Assembly: GCA_963422375.2 (NCBI GenBank)
Contig: OY729428.2
Location: 2,592,001 to 2,656,000, forward strand
Reading direction: 5' to 3'
Length of the DNA: 64,000 bases
From: Bryobacterales bacterium
GTDB taxonomy: Bacteria > Acidobacteriota > Terriglobia > Bryobacterales > UBA6623
Every line of letters begins with the position of its first letter. The first letter of the stretch is position 1. Of this stretch, positions 40,186-51,207 are shown in pieces. The notes beneath the pieces are model-generated. The model was not told where the DNA came from and searched no databases. It saw nothing but the letters and a program-made list of their open reading frames with translations. Both the position numbers and the translations under genes were made by a program.

Positions 40186-41598
40186 ATGACAGCAGACAAC
40201 TTCGGTGTTGCCGGACTCGGCGTCATGGGCCGCAACGTAGCCCTGAACATCGAACGCAACGGCTTCCCCGTCGTGGCCTACAACCGGGGCGCCGAGAACG
40301 CGCAGCGGATGCGCGAGGAATCGGCCGGCAGGCACGTCACCGTAACCCGGTCGATCAAGGAGTTCGCCTCCCTGCTCGAGCGGCCGCGGAGGGTGCTGCT
40401 GATGGTCACGGCGGGGGCCGGCACGGACCGAGTCATCGACGCGCTGCTCGAGTACCTCGAACCAAGCGACGTGCTCGTCGACGGCGGGAACTCGCACTTC
40501 CCCGACACCGACCGTCGCGCGGAGCGGCTGCACCGAGCCGGCCTGCATTTCGTCGGGTGCGGGATCTCGGGCGGCGAGGAAGGCGCCTTGTGGGGCCCCT
40601 CGATCATGCCGGGCGGCAATCTCGAGGCGTACGAGCGCATCGCGCCGGTACTCGAGAGGATCGCCGCCAAGACCGACAGCGACGGCCCCTGCGTGACCTA
40701 CTGCGGGCGAGGCGCCGCCGGGCACTACGTGAAGATGGTCCACAACGGGATCGAATACGGGATCATGCAGCTGATCTGCGAGGTCTACGACATCCTGCGC
40801 CGCGCCGCGGGCCTTTCGACATCGCGGATCCAAGAAGTCTTCCAAGCTTGGACAGCGTCCCCGCACGTGGGCGGATTCCTCGTCGACATCACCGCGCAAT
40901 GCCTCGGCAAGGCAGACAACGACACCGGCGCTCCGCTGGTGGAAATGATTCTCGACACCGCCGGCCAGAAAGGCACCGGCAAGTGGACGGCGCAAAGTGC
41001 CCTCGACCTAGGGATACCCATCCCGACCCTCGCGCAGGCGGTGAACGCTAGGATCCTGTCGGGGTTGAAGCAGGCCCGAGTGGAAGCCTCGAAGATCCTC
41101 GGCGGGCCGAGCCGCCACTATGACGGGGACATCGACGAGCTGGTCGGGACACTCCATGACGCGCTCCACCTGGCTATGATCGCCTCGTACGCCCAGGGGC
41201 TGCATCTCATTCAGGCGGCATCCCGGGAATATGACTTCGGCACGGATCTAGCCGAAGTAGCGCGCATCTGGAAGCAGGGCTGCATCATCCGCTCAAAGCT
41301 GCTCAATCCGATCAAGCGCGCCTACACCGAGCGCCCGGATATGGACAACATGCTCCTGCACCCCGCCTTCGGGTCGGTTGTCAACGAGTCCCTGCCGGCC
41401 CTGCGGCTTGCGGTTCAAGCGGCGAACGCCGGCGGTGTCGCCACCACCTGCTTCGGAGCCACCCTGGCTTACCTGGACAGCTATCGCTCGGAATTCCTTC
41501 CGGCCAACCTGCTGCAGGCGCTGCGCGACAACTTCGGCGCGCACACTTATCGGCGCCTCGACAAGGAGGGCGTGTTCCACACGCAGTGGAACAGCTGA
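40186..41598 (+). CDS. gnd: NADP-dependent 6-phosphogluconate dehydrogenase (decarboxylating)
   Basis: GLGVMG.N.ALN, DGGNSHF.DT.RR, GISGGEEGA..GPSIMPGG, GHYVKMVHNGIEYG.MQ, ILDTAGQKGTGKWT, RDNFGAHTY.R. Confidence 0.97.
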   Translation: MTADNFGVAGLGVMGRNVALNIERNGFPVVAYNRGAENAQRMREESAGRHVTVTRSIKEFASLLERPRRVLLMVTAGAGTDRVIDALLEYLEPSDVLVDGGNSHFPDTDRRAERLHRAGLHFVGCGISGGEEGALWGPSIMPGGNLEAYERIAPVLERIAAKTDSDGPCVTYCGRGAAGHYVKMVHNGIEYGIMQLICEVYDILRRAAGLSTSRIQEVFQAWTASPHVGGFLVDITAQCLGKADNDTGAPLVEMILDTAGQKGTGKWTAQSALDLGIPIPTLAQAVNARILSGLKQARVEASKILGGPSRHYDGDIDELVGTLHDALHLAMIASYAQGLHLIQAASREYDFGTDLAEVARIWKQGCIIRSKLLNPIKRAYTERPDMDNMLLHPAFGSVVNESLPALRLAVQAANAGGVATTCFGATLAYLDSYRSEFLPANLLQALRDNFGAHTYRRLDKEGVFHTQWNS

Positions 41599-41639
41599 GC
41601 CTGGCACAGGCCCGGGCAGCGGGATCCGCCTCGCGCGAC

Positions 41640-42518
41640 ATGAAGACACTGCAAGACTTCCGGCCCTCCCGCGAATTCTTCGTCGGCCTCGATTCCGACG
41701 GCTGCGTGTTCGACTCGATGGAGATCAAGCACAAGGAGTGCTTCGCGCCGATGTTCATCAAGCATTGGCGGCTCCAAGCGGCTTCCAAGTACGCCCGGCG
41801 TGCCTGGGAGTTCGCGAACCTCTACTCCAAGACGCGAGGCATGAACCGGTTCCCGGTCTGCGCCCGCACGCTGCGCCTCGTCACGGAATGGCCCGAAGCG
41901 GCGGCCCGCGGCATCCAGGTGCCCGACCTAGCCCCTCTGCAGGCCTTTATCGATTCGAGCTTCCCTCCGAGCAACGCGGGCTTGGAGGACTACCGCATGC
42001 AGTTACCGCACCGCGTTCTCGACCTGACCATGGAGTGGAGCCTCGCGGTCAACGCGGCGGTGAAGGACATCGTATTCGGCGTGCCGCCATTCCCCAAGGT
42101 GCGCGCGACCCTGGACCGGATCGTGGCGAGCGCCGATCTCGCCGTCGTGTCCGGCACGCCCGGCGAAGCCTTGCAGCGGGAGTGGGACGAGAACGGAATC
42201 GAACACTACCCCCAGCTCATCGCGGGCCAGGAACTCGGCAAGAAGACGCGGCACCTGAGCGCGATGGCCGGGGGCGGCCGGTACGGCGCCGACAGGAAGC
42301 TCATGATCGGGGACGCCCCCGGCGACCGGAAGGCGGCCGAGGCAACGGGCTGCCTCTTTTTCCCAGTCAACCCGGGCCGCGAGGAAGAGTCCTGGGAACG
42401 GCTTTGCGACGAGTCGCTCGGACGGTTCTTCGCCGGGACCTACGCGGGAGCGTACCAAGCCGACCGCATCGCGGAATTCGAAGCCCTGCTGCCGCAGCGC
42501 CCGCCGTGGGCCTCCTGA
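41640..42518 (+). CDS. HAD-superfamily hydrolase
   Basis: Motif I GLDSDGCVFDSM, motif II VVSGT, motif IV MIGDAPGD. Confidence 0.88.
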   Translation: MKTLQDFRPSREFFVGLDSDGCVFDSMEIKHKECFAPMFIKHWRLQAASKYARRAWEFANLYSKTRGMNRFPVCARTLRLVTEWPEAAARGIQVPDLAPLQAFIDSSFPPSNAGLEDYRMQLPHRVLDLTMEWSLAVNAAVKDIVFGVPPFPKVRATLDRIVASADLAVVSGTPGEALQREWDENGIEHYPQLIAGQELGKKTRHLSAMAGGGRYGADRKLMIGDAPGDRKAAEATGCLFFPVNPGREEESWERLCDESLGRFFAGTYAGAYQADRIAEFEALLPQRPPWAS

Positions 42519-42663
42519 CGGCACGGGCAAGCCGGCCGCGAGACGAAGTCGCAGGGAGACCAAGCGCTGGCGCTCGACGGCGTCGGCCCGACCAGCCGCC
42601 CAAGCCGACCCCGTCGAGCGACCGAACCGATCCGGGCCCGCGGGCGTCACCTATGATGCGGAA

Positions 42664-45351
42664 GTGCCGGCGATGCACCTGACCCGTCGATTCGTACTCG
42701 CACTGGCCGGCGCCATCGGCCTGGGAGCCGTGCCGGATGCCCGCGCGCAGGAGCCCGCCGAGCAGCCGGCGGAAGCACCGCCGGCGGCGGACGCGGCACG
42801 ACCGGCCGATTCCGCCGGAAGCCCGGCATCCGACCAGCGCACCAGTCTCAACCTCCTCGGCCAGGAGGACACGAGCTCGGGCGAGGCGCGCCGCAACGAG
42901 AACGTGCAGCTCAACTTGGTCGACACCAACACGCTGCAGGAACTCAACATCCGCCTCGGGGCGACCGCGACGATCGTCACGGACTTCCAGCCCGACCGCG
43001 ACTACTACGGCGCCGAGTACGGGCGTCGCGCGCCGCCGACTCTGCACCTGCCGCCGGCTCGCGGCCAGGACCTCCACGGCAACGTCTCGTGGACACACGG
43101 GAACAGCGCATTCTCGGCGCGCTCCTTCTTCCAAGTCGGCGACGTGCAGCCGGCCAACGAGAACCGCTACGGCTTCCGCTTGACCGGCCCGGCGGGATCC
43201 GGCACCCGCTTCACGGTCAACGCGACCCAGCAGAAGATCCGCGGGCAGGTGAACGGCAACGTCCTCGTGCCGCTTCCCGGAGAGCGCACCCCGCTGCTGG
43301 TCGACCCCTCTAGCGGAGAGCGCGTCGACGACGAAACTCGCGCCCTCGTGGAGCAGCTGCTGGAAGCGTACCCGGTCGCATTGCCGAACCGCACCGACAT
43401 CGCCCCGAGGGCCCTCAACACCAATGCGCCGCAGCGGGTCGACACCGACTCCGCCAATCTGCGCCTCGACCATGACCTGGCCGACCGGGGCAAGATCGGC
43501 CTAGGATACGTCTTCACGTCGCAGAGCGTGGACGCATTCCAGCTGGTCCGCGGGTCCAACCCCGATACCGAGATCAAGAGCCACCGCCCGCGAGCGACCT
43601 GGACCAGGGCCTGGTCGCCGCGGACCGTCACCAGCCTGTCGGCGGGCTTCAATCGCGTCGGATCGCTGCTGATCCCGGAGCCCAACAACTTCGGCCCGAC
43701 GGTCAGCGTCGCGAGGGCGATTGCCGGCCAGGGCCCCTCTCCGCTCGTCCCCGTGGACCGGGCCCTGAACACGTGGCGGACCGCCGGCCAGGTATCGCGG
43801 ACGTTCGGCAGGCACAGCCTCAAGGTTGGCTTCCACCTAGCGCGAATCCAGCTCAACGGCGTCGAGCAGCAGGCGATCCGGGGCACCGTCCAGTTCTCGA
43901 ACAACTTCGGCAACGACGCGATCACCAACTTCCGGCTGGGCAAGCCGGCCAGGCTGATGAAGACCGTCGGCAGCTTCCACCGCGGCTTCCGCCAGTGGAC
44001 GCACCAGGCATACCTGGCCGACACGTGGAAGGCGCTGCCCGACCTGACGCTCAGCTTCGGCCTGCGCTACGAGACCGTGACACCGCCGCTCGAGGTGAAT
44101 GAGTTCGAGACGTTGCCGTACTCCTGCGACTGCAACAACTTCGCGCCGCGCTTCGGGTTCGCCTACCGGCTGGGCGACTCGCTGGGCACCCTGCGCGGTG
44201 CGTACGGCGTCTCCTACGGGGAGATTTACCCGGTGACCTACAGCCAGTACCGCATCAACGCCCCGAACGTGGTGCGGCTCGTTGTCCTGCGGCCGCGGCT
44301 GGCGGATATCATCAGCGGGGCGGCCTTCGCCAACGTCACGCCAGGATCCCGCTCGACGCTGTTTGACATCGCCGACAACCTCGTCGAGCCGTACAGCCAC
44401 CAGTACAGCCTGAGCTGGGAATTCGGGCTGTCGCGGACGATGAACGTTCAGCTCGGCTACGTCGGCAGCCGCACGCACAAGGTCTTCCAAGCCTGGTTCC
44501 TCAACCGCGGCGAGCGCCCGGACGGCGTGCCGGTCACCGTGCGCACCACCAACCAGCGGCGCGCGGACGGACGCTACAACGACGTGCTGCGCCTGCACAA
44601 CGCCTCGCGCGCCTACTTCGACGCCGGCCGCGTCGCATTCGTAATGCGCGATCTCAAGGGCTTCACCGTGGACGCCGCCTACTGGTTGAGCAAGTCGATC
44701 GACCTCGGAAGCGACTACACCAACACGATGAACGGAGGCGACGCCCGCCGGGCGGTCAGCCAGACGGCGTACAACATTCACGCCGACGTCAAGTCGCTGA
44801 GCTTCTTCGACCAGCCGCACTCGATGCTGTTGCGGGCGGTGTACGAGACGCCCGAGGGATCGGGCCTGGCGGGCCGGCTCCTCGGCGGCTGGCAGCTCTC
44901 CACGGTGACCCTGCTCAAGACCGGCACCCCGTTCACCGTGCAAGCCGGGTCGGACGGCCCGGGGTTCGGGAACGCGGACGGCGCGTCGGGAGACCGGCCG
45001 CACGTCCTCGACCCGTCGATCCTAGGCAGGACGATCGGCAACCCCGACACGTCGCGCCAGCGCCTGCCGCGCGACGCCTTCGCCTACCAGCGGATCGGCG
45101 ACCTCGCCGGGTCGCTCGGGCTGCGGACGTTCCGCCGCGGCAAGATCGCCAATGTCAACGCGAGCCTCTCGCGAAACTGGGCCCTCGGCTCGGACAGCAA
45201 GCTGACCTTCCGCGCCGAGTCGGTCAACTTCTTCAACACGCCGCAATTCGCCGACCCCAACGTCGGCCTGACCTCGCCCGCTTTCGGGCGCATTACCAAC
45301 ACGCTCAACGACGGCCGCACGTTCCGGTTCACCCTAGCACTCGATTTCTGA
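42664..45351 (+). CDS. TonB-dependent receptor-like outer-membrane beta-barrel
   Basis: Signal peptide; YLADTWK...LTLSFGLRYE, NNFAPRFGFAY, LGGWQLS, FRAESVNFFNTPQF, terminal F; start at 42664 (GTG) or 42673 (ATG). Confidence 0.85.
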   Translation: MPAMHLTRRFVLALAGAIGLGAVPDARAQEPAEQPAEAPPAADAARPADSAGSPASDQRTSLNLLGQEDTSSGEARRNENVQLNLVDTNTLQELNIRLGATATIVTDFQPDRDYYGAEYGRRAPPTLHLPPARGQDLHGNVSWTHGNSAFSARSFFQVGDVQPANENRYGFRLTGPAGSGTRFTVNATQQKIRGQVNGNVLVPLPGERTPLLVDPSSGERVDDETRALVEQLLEAYPVALPNRTDIAPRALNTNAPQRVDTDSANLRLDHDLADRGKIGLGYVFTSQSVDAFQLVRGSNPDTEIKSHRPRATWTRAWSPRTVTSLSAGFNRVGSLLIPEPNNFGPTVSVARAIAGQGPSPLVPVDRALNTWRTAGQVSRTFGRHSLKVGFHLARIQLNGVEQQAIRGTVQFSNNFGNDAITNFRLGKPARLMKTVGSFHRGFRQWTHQAYLADTWKALPDLTLSFGLRYETVTPPLEVNEFETLPYSCDCNNFAPRFGFAYRLGDSLGTLRGAYGVSYGEIYPVTYSQYRINAPNVVRLVVLRPRLADIISGAAFANVTPGSRSTLFDIADNLVEPYSHQYSLSWEFGLSRTMNVQLGYVGSRTHKVFQAWFLNRGERPDGVPVTVRTTNQRRADGRYNDVLRLHNASRAYFDAGRVAFVMRDLKGFTVDAAYWLSKSIDLGSDYTNTMNGGDARRAVSQTAYNIHADVKSLSFFDQPHSMLLRAVYETPEGSGLAGRLLGGWQLSTVTLLKTGTPFTVQAGSDGPGFGNADGASGDRPHVLDPSILGRTIGNPDTSRQRLPRDAFAYQRIGDLAGSLGLRTFRRGKIANVNASLSRNWALGSDSKLTFRAESVNFFNTPQFADPNVGLTSPAFGRITNTLNDGRTFRFTLALDF

Positions 45352-45418
45352 GACGAGGCCGGCGGACCCGGCGCTCCGGACGGTACGCGAGCCGACGCCC
45401 CGGCCTATACTTGCGGCC

Positions 45419-47914
45419 ATGGCTGCTCCGACACGGCCGATCATCCTCTCCCTGCTTGCAGCGCTGGCGTGGTTCGCGATCCGCCCGACGGCCGGGCCGC
45501 CCATGTCGGCCGCCGACAGCAGCGCCCACGCCTGGGGCGCGAGCGATCCGTCTTGGTCGCCGGACGGCGAGCGGCTGGCGTTCTCGCTGTTCGGAAGCAT
45601 CTGGACCGTCCCGGCCGACGGCGGCGGAGCGGACCAGCTCACCGCCTCGGAGGGCTTCCACGAGCACGCTGCCTGGGCGCCGGACGGGAAGTCCGTGGCC
45701 TTCGTGACCGGCCGGAATCCGTTCGGCCGCTTCGCCAAGATTCGCGGTCGCCTTGCCGTGGCCGATGTCGAGACCAAGCGCGAGCACACGCTTACCCTGC
45801 CTCACCCGACCGCCGGGACTCCCGACTGGTCCCCCGACGGCGCGGCAATCTACTGCGCTCTCGCAGTGCCCGGCGCCGGGGCCCTGCTGCACGCCATCGA
45901 TCCGCGAACCGGCCAGTCCACGGCCCTGCACGGCAGGCCGCAGAGAGGCCCGGCCGGCCCCTGGGCCGAGGCGTCAAGCGCGTCCGGAGCGGTGATCTTC
46001 GCCGCGCAGCGGGCCGGCACGCCCCAGGCGTGGTCCCTGCCGACCAAGTCGGAGGGCCTCGCTATCCACCTGCCGCTCACGCGGTACCGTCCCGAGCACA
46101 TCGTAATGCTCGACGGCGTGAGCGCGCTCGCGGACGGCAGCGCGATCCTCGCTGCGGACGTGATCAACGGTCGGGGCAACTTCGAGCTGTACCGGGTCCC
46201 CGGCACGGGAGGCGAGCCCGAAGCGATTACCGATACTCCCCGGCACGAGCTCTCGCCGGACGTGTCTCCGGACGGCCGCCGGATTGCCTTCGCCTCGAAC
46301 CGGCTCGGCAACATGGACCTGTTCACCCTCCCGCTCGAGGGCGGCGAGGCGCGCCACGTCCGGATCGATTCCCTGCGCTTCCGCCGCCCCTCGGGCAAGG
46401 CCCGCGTCACGATCCTGGACGAGCTCGGGCAGCCCGCCGCGGCGCGGCTGTACGTGGAGGCGTCCGACGGCAAGGGCTACGCGCCGCGCGGCGAACCGAT
46501 CTTCTACTACCCGCTGGCGCCCGGAGCGAGCCGGGATTCTGCGGGCAAGCGAGACGCCTTCTTTGTCGCGACCGGAACGTCGGAGTTCGACGTGCCGGCC
46601 CGCGACCTCGCGCTGACCGCCGTGCGCGGGTTCGAGTACCGCCTGAGCCAGGCCAGCGCGACGGTCAGGGCGGGCGAGACCGCGGAGATCACCCTGCGAC
46701 TGGAGCGCTGGACCAACTGGAACCAGCGCGGCTGGTACTCGGGGGAAAACCACTTCCACGCGAACTATCTCGGGAGCTACTACCAGCGCCCGCAGCATTC
46801 GCTCGCGTGGATGAAGGCGATGGATCTGAACGCCGCCAACATGATCGTGGCCAACGCCCAAGGGGTGTTCGTGCATGACAAGGAGTTCTTCACAGGGGAG
46901 CTCAGCCCGCTCTCGACCGGCAGGCACTTCCTGTACTGGGGACAGGAGTACCGCAACAGCAACCCGCTGGGCCACATGGGCTTCCTCAACATCAAGCGGC
47001 TCGTGCCGCCCTCGTACACGAGCGTGCATGGCAGCGACTCACCGTACGACTTCCCCCTCAACACGACGGCCGCGCTCGAGGCGAAGCGCCAGGGCGGCCT
47101 CGTTACGTACATGCATCCGATCAGCGGGACGCTGCGGGACGTCTTCGACACCAATCTGGGTGCCAAGGAGGTTGCCGTGACAGCGGCGCTCGGCGCTCTC
47201 GACACGCTGGACATCCTTCCGTACGGCGAAAGTGCGTACGGCTTGTGGTACACGCTGCTGAATTGCGGCTTCCGCATATCCGCAGGAGCGGGCACGGACA
47301 CGTTTACGAACCGGCGCGGGATCAACCGGATCCCTGGCGGCAGCCGCCAGTACGTCCACGTCGGGAGCGAGATGAGCTGGGAGCGCTGGATCAAGCGCTA
47401 CCGAGAGGGCCGCTCGTTCGCGACGACCGGGCCGCTGCTGGCCTTCGATGTCAACGGCAGCGGCGTCGGCGAGGAAATCAAGTTTGTCCCGGGGACGACC
47501 TACCGTGCGACTTTGCGAGCCGAAGTGATGTCGCGCACGCCCCTCGAGCGCATCGAGATCCTGCGCAACGGACGGGTCATCGCGACCGCGGACGCGAACT
47601 CCGCGCTCCGCTTCCGGCTGGAGGAAGAGGCCATGGTCACCGAGTCCAGCTGGTTCGCCGCACGGGTGTACGGGCCTCGGGCCCCCGGCCTGACCACCCA
47701 GGCGCTCGCCCATTCCAGCCCGGTTTACGTCACGGCCGACGGGCGCCCAGTGCTAGTCCGCGACGATCTGAACGTGGCGGTGCGCTGGGTCGACAGGCTC
47801 TGGGTCGACCTGCTCGAGCGCGACAACCTCGGCTCGGACGACAACCGCCGCGCGGCGCGGGAGATGGTCAACAGGGCGCGGCAGCACTTCCAGGACAAGT
47901 TGCGACAGATCTAG
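45419..47914 (+). CDS. Secreted PD40/TolB-repeat protein with a CehA/McbA-type PHP metallohydrolase domain
   Basis: PSWSPDGERLAF, AWAPDGK, PDWSPDG, PDVSPDGRRIAF repeats; WYSGENHFHANY, GQEYR...GH, YMHP, AGTD, GRSFATTGPLL. Confidence 0.85.
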   Translation: MAAPTRPIILSLLAALAWFAIRPTAGPPMSAADSSAHAWGASDPSWSPDGERLAFSLFGSIWTVPADGGGADQLTASEGFHEHAAWAPDGKSVAFVTGRNPFGRFAKIRGRLAVADVETKREHTLTLPHPTAGTPDWSPDGAAIYCALAVPGAGALLHAIDPRTGQSTALHGRPQRGPAGPWAEASSASGAVIFAAQRAGTPQAWSLPTKSEGLAIHLPLTRYRPEHIVMLDGVSALADGSAILAADVINGRGNFELYRVPGTGGEPEAITDTPRHELSPDVSPDGRRIAFASNRLGNMDLFTLPLEGGEARHVRIDSLRFRRPSGKARVTILDELGQPAAARLYVEASDGKGYAPRGEPIFYYPLAPGASRDSAGKRDAFFVATGTSEFDVPARDLALTAVRGFEYRLSQASATVRAGETAEITLRLERWTNWNQRGWYSGENHFHANYLGSYYQRPQHSLAWMKAMDLNAANMIVANAQGVFVHDKEFFTGELSPLSTGRHFLYWGQEYRNSNPLGHMGFLNIKRLVPPSYTSVHGSDSPYDFPLNTTAALEAKRQGGLVTYMHPISGTLRDVFDTNLGAKEVAVTAALGALDTLDILPYGESAYGLWYTLLNCGFRISAGAGTDTFTNRRGINRIPGGSRQYVHVGSEMSWERWIKRYREGRSFATTGPLLAFDVNGSGVGEEIKFVPGTTYRATLRAEVMSRTPLERIEILRNGRVIATADANSALRFRLEEEAMVTESSWFAARVYGPRAPGLTTQALAHSSPVYVTADGRPVLVRDDLNVAVRWVDRLWVDLLERDNLGSDDNRRAAREMVNRARQHFQDKLRQI

Positions 47915-48381
47915 CCGTGCCAGAAACGGGATCCCAAGGCCTCTTCTCGCCAGAGCACTGACGGATCTTCCGCCCGCGGACGCGAGCGCAGCTAGACAGG
48001 CACGATGCGGCCTCCTCGACCGCCACCGCTTCGACCCCAATCCGGCGCGTCTGGCCGGAACTGTTGCTCCGGCGTATCGAGACTGGCCGCGAAAGCCTAG
48101 GTCGGGCGTCACAGCGGTGGCGGAACTAGCGATCTGTCTTCGGCGCGGCCGGCCTCACCGGCTCCTGCATCTGCCGGTACCGCCGGTACCTCTCGAGAAA
48201 GCTCCCCTCCTGCAGTCGCCGTGGCGCAGACGAGTCGAGCTCTCCGCGGATTCCGCGAGGGCGCCTGCCCGAATCGAGCCCTGCGGGCCCCGTCATTGGG
48301 ACGTCAGTCGGCGACGCGGCCGTCATGGGCTCGGGCAAGGACGGCTCGACCGCAGGCAGACTGATCTGGAGGGCGCGATGC

Positions 48382-50806
48382 TCATTCGGCCGTTGAGCTG
48401 TCCTTGGACTCCTCATCCGGGGATTCTCTCTCGATCGACGCTTCAATCTCATCGATGACATCGCAGACATAGGAATCCGAATCGGTTGCCACGTCCAAGA
48501 CCCGCTCTTGGAACAGGTCCAAGACAGCCATTTCGGAATCCGACGGTGCAATCACCTCCTTGAACATGTTACCGGCTTCCCTGGGGTCGATGATGAACCC
48601 GTGAGACGGGTAGCTCTCGATCAATCGGTCCAATACTGTCTCGCTGTCGGGGGACAAGTTGACCGGATTCAGCCGCCACGCATAGAAGAGGGCGATTCGG
48701 CGGCTTCTCTCGGCCTCCGCAAGGCGATAGGGGTCGATCTGACTCGCGATCGGCTGGAACAGGCCCGACACAATCGAGGCGGCGATTTCGCAAGCGGTCT
48801 TGGTCGAGACGGCACCGCCGCTGCGCCCCACGAGGGTCGTCATATAGTCCTCGAATGCACTGAAGGCCGAAATCTGGAGTAATTGCAGAGAACCCAATGT
48901 GTCTAGGCTTGACATCCTCACCGCGATCTCGTCGGGCTTGGCAAGTTGGACGTCCAACGGACCGAGCTCGCCGAATGGCCCCATAGCCAGCTCCCCGGCG
49001 CCAACGGCTGCCAAGGTACCCGCGCTCTTGCACGGTCCGAGCACCACGATGCGGAAACCGCCGTAGGAGTCCTGGAGCCACCTAGCCATTCGATACGCCT
49101 CGTCCGGGTCGCCCCCTGCCGTCGTCAGGACCAAGGACGCCGCGCTGCGGCCTCGCTCCGAGCAGCGGGGACATGAACCTGGTGACGTTCGCCCTGCTAA
49201 TGTCGCCGTTGAAGAAGTACAGGTCGCGACTCTGGCTTTCAAGAGCGTCGCGGGCCTTCTCAAGGGGAATTATATATCTGAGTGCCGACAACGCCATGTC
49301 CGACGAGAACTGCTCTGAGCAGGGAGGTCGGCGTCTGGCTCGGGTCATTCGAATGCGGCCGCGGTAGGCACAGCAAGGTGGGATCGTATCTGAATCGAAC
49401 CTGCCAGCGGAATGGACGAGGCACGGATAAGAGAGGCCCCCTCGCATGCCCCGGTGGAATCCGGTTGGCGGTGGAGGGCACCCCTTGCAAGCCGCTTGCG
49501 TGCCCTGCGAGGGCCGAAGACAGCGGATCCCCGGCGCTCGACGGCCTGCATGGACGGTCCGGGCCGGACTGGGGTCGCACCGGGGCATTCCGGATCCGGT
49601 GCGCCCCTCGTACCGAGCGTGCAGCGCACCGAGCGTGAAGAGCGCGCCCGCAGCGGGCTGCGGCGCTCAGCGCGGAGGGCGCCGCTCAGGCCGCGACTGC
49701 GGCCTTGCCGGTCAGCTGTCGGTAGGTCAGCGTCCGGCCGACCAGGCCCCGCGCCATGCGCCGCATCCGTTCCGCCGTGTCGCAGTCGCGGTCGTTGCAC
49801 CGTCCCGCGAACTCCGTCAGGTAGCGGCCGAGATGACGGACGCTCATCCGGTGATAGGTTCCGTACAGGCCGCGCTTGAACAGGGACCGGAACGACTCGA
49901 TGCCGTTCGTATGCGCCGCCCCGCGCACGTACTCGCCGCGGGAGTGCTTGACGGCTTCGTGCGGGAACTCCTCCATGCCGGCGTAGGCCGCCGCCTCGTC
50001 GGAGCGGACCTGTGCCCCCGGCGCGACGCGGGCGCGCACGAAGCCCTGCAGATCGCCCTTGGCGGTGCCCGGCAGCGGCCGCGCGGCCACTGCGTTCGTG
50101 GCGCGGTCCCGCGCCCCCGCCACCGGGGTCTTGCCGACGGGCCCGCGCCCGGCGCGGGCCTTCTTCCTCTCGTGCTTGTTGCGTTCCTTGCCGCCGACGT
50201 AGGTCTCGTCCACCTCCACCGGGCCGGCGAACAGGCCCTGATCGCGCTCCCGGCACGCGCGGATGCGGTGCGCCAGGTGCCGGGCCGACTTCCGGCTGAT
50301 GCCCAGGTCGCGGTGCAGCTTCATACTTGAGACGCCCTTGATGCCGGTGGTCAGCAGGAACAGGGCGACGGCCCGGGTGCGGTAGCCGAGCTTGGTGTCG
50401 GCCATCACGCTGCCGGTGCGCACGGAAAAGCGCTTGCCGCAGCCGCGGCAACGGTACGGCATCGAAGGGTGGGCCGTGCCGGACTGCACGCTGGAGCCGC
50501 GGCAGTGGGGGCATACCGGACCGTTGGGCCAGCGCATGGAGGCGAACCACTTTTCCGCGGATTCTTCACCGCGGAACATGGCGATCACTTCAATCAGAGT
50601 GATGCCTTTACGAAACCACTTCCCGGGACCTTTCTGCTTCATAGACGACCTCATATATTGGAACTATTCTATCAAAATACTCCACCGAAAGTCAACAGAT
50701 ATCCGGAAGAAATATGAAATTAATTTATGGACTGATAATTTGCAAAATCGGTTGCCTCGGCACTCAGATATATAATTCCCTTCTCAAGCAGCTCCGTGCC
50801 TTCCAT
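48382..50806 (-). pseudogene. SDH/ClpP-fold serine protease disrupted by IS1595 copy 4 and a +1 frameshift
   Basis: MEGTELLEK (50806) rejoins ARDALESQ...YFFNGDI after TSD removal; frameshift near 49170; LVLTTAGGD...AYRMAR, CKSAGTL, GELGPLDVQ, YPSHGFIID motifs. Confidence 0.85.
49265..50780 (-). mobile_element. IS1595-family element type A, copy 4 (only copy with an uninterrupted transposase ORF, 49686-50642)
   Basis: TIRs GGGAATTATATATCTGAGTGCCGA; 8-bp TSD TTCTCAAG; CPHC...C.GC, VEVDETYVGG, SDE...Y, HTNGIES, YLTEF. Confidence 0.95.
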
Positions 50807-51207
50807 GCGCGTAAGGGTGCGGAGGGCCCTGCGACCCTCGAATCTCAGTATTCCATGAACAGTTCCTGACCTCGCGCCAGCGGCTACGAAGGTCCGCGCT
50901 CTACAGACTCCGGATTGCGCTTGGCACTCCAAGCGGGCGGCGCTCTAGGAGCGCATCGGGTGGTGCGCAGACCGACTCCACCTGTCGGGGATGGGCGCGA
51001 AACATCACCGGAAGGAACCATCCGGGCACCGGCCTCACTAGCGGGCGCGATTCACCGCCGCCGCGGGTGGCCGCGTTCCACCCGCCGGGACGACGCCGAC
51101 CGCCTGCTGACGAGCAGTCCGTCTCCCCCGGGGGATGCAGCCCGGTCCCGGGCGGACCTGCCGCTTCGTCGCCGCCGTTGCCTCGGGCGAGGCACCCCGG
51201 GGCGCGC

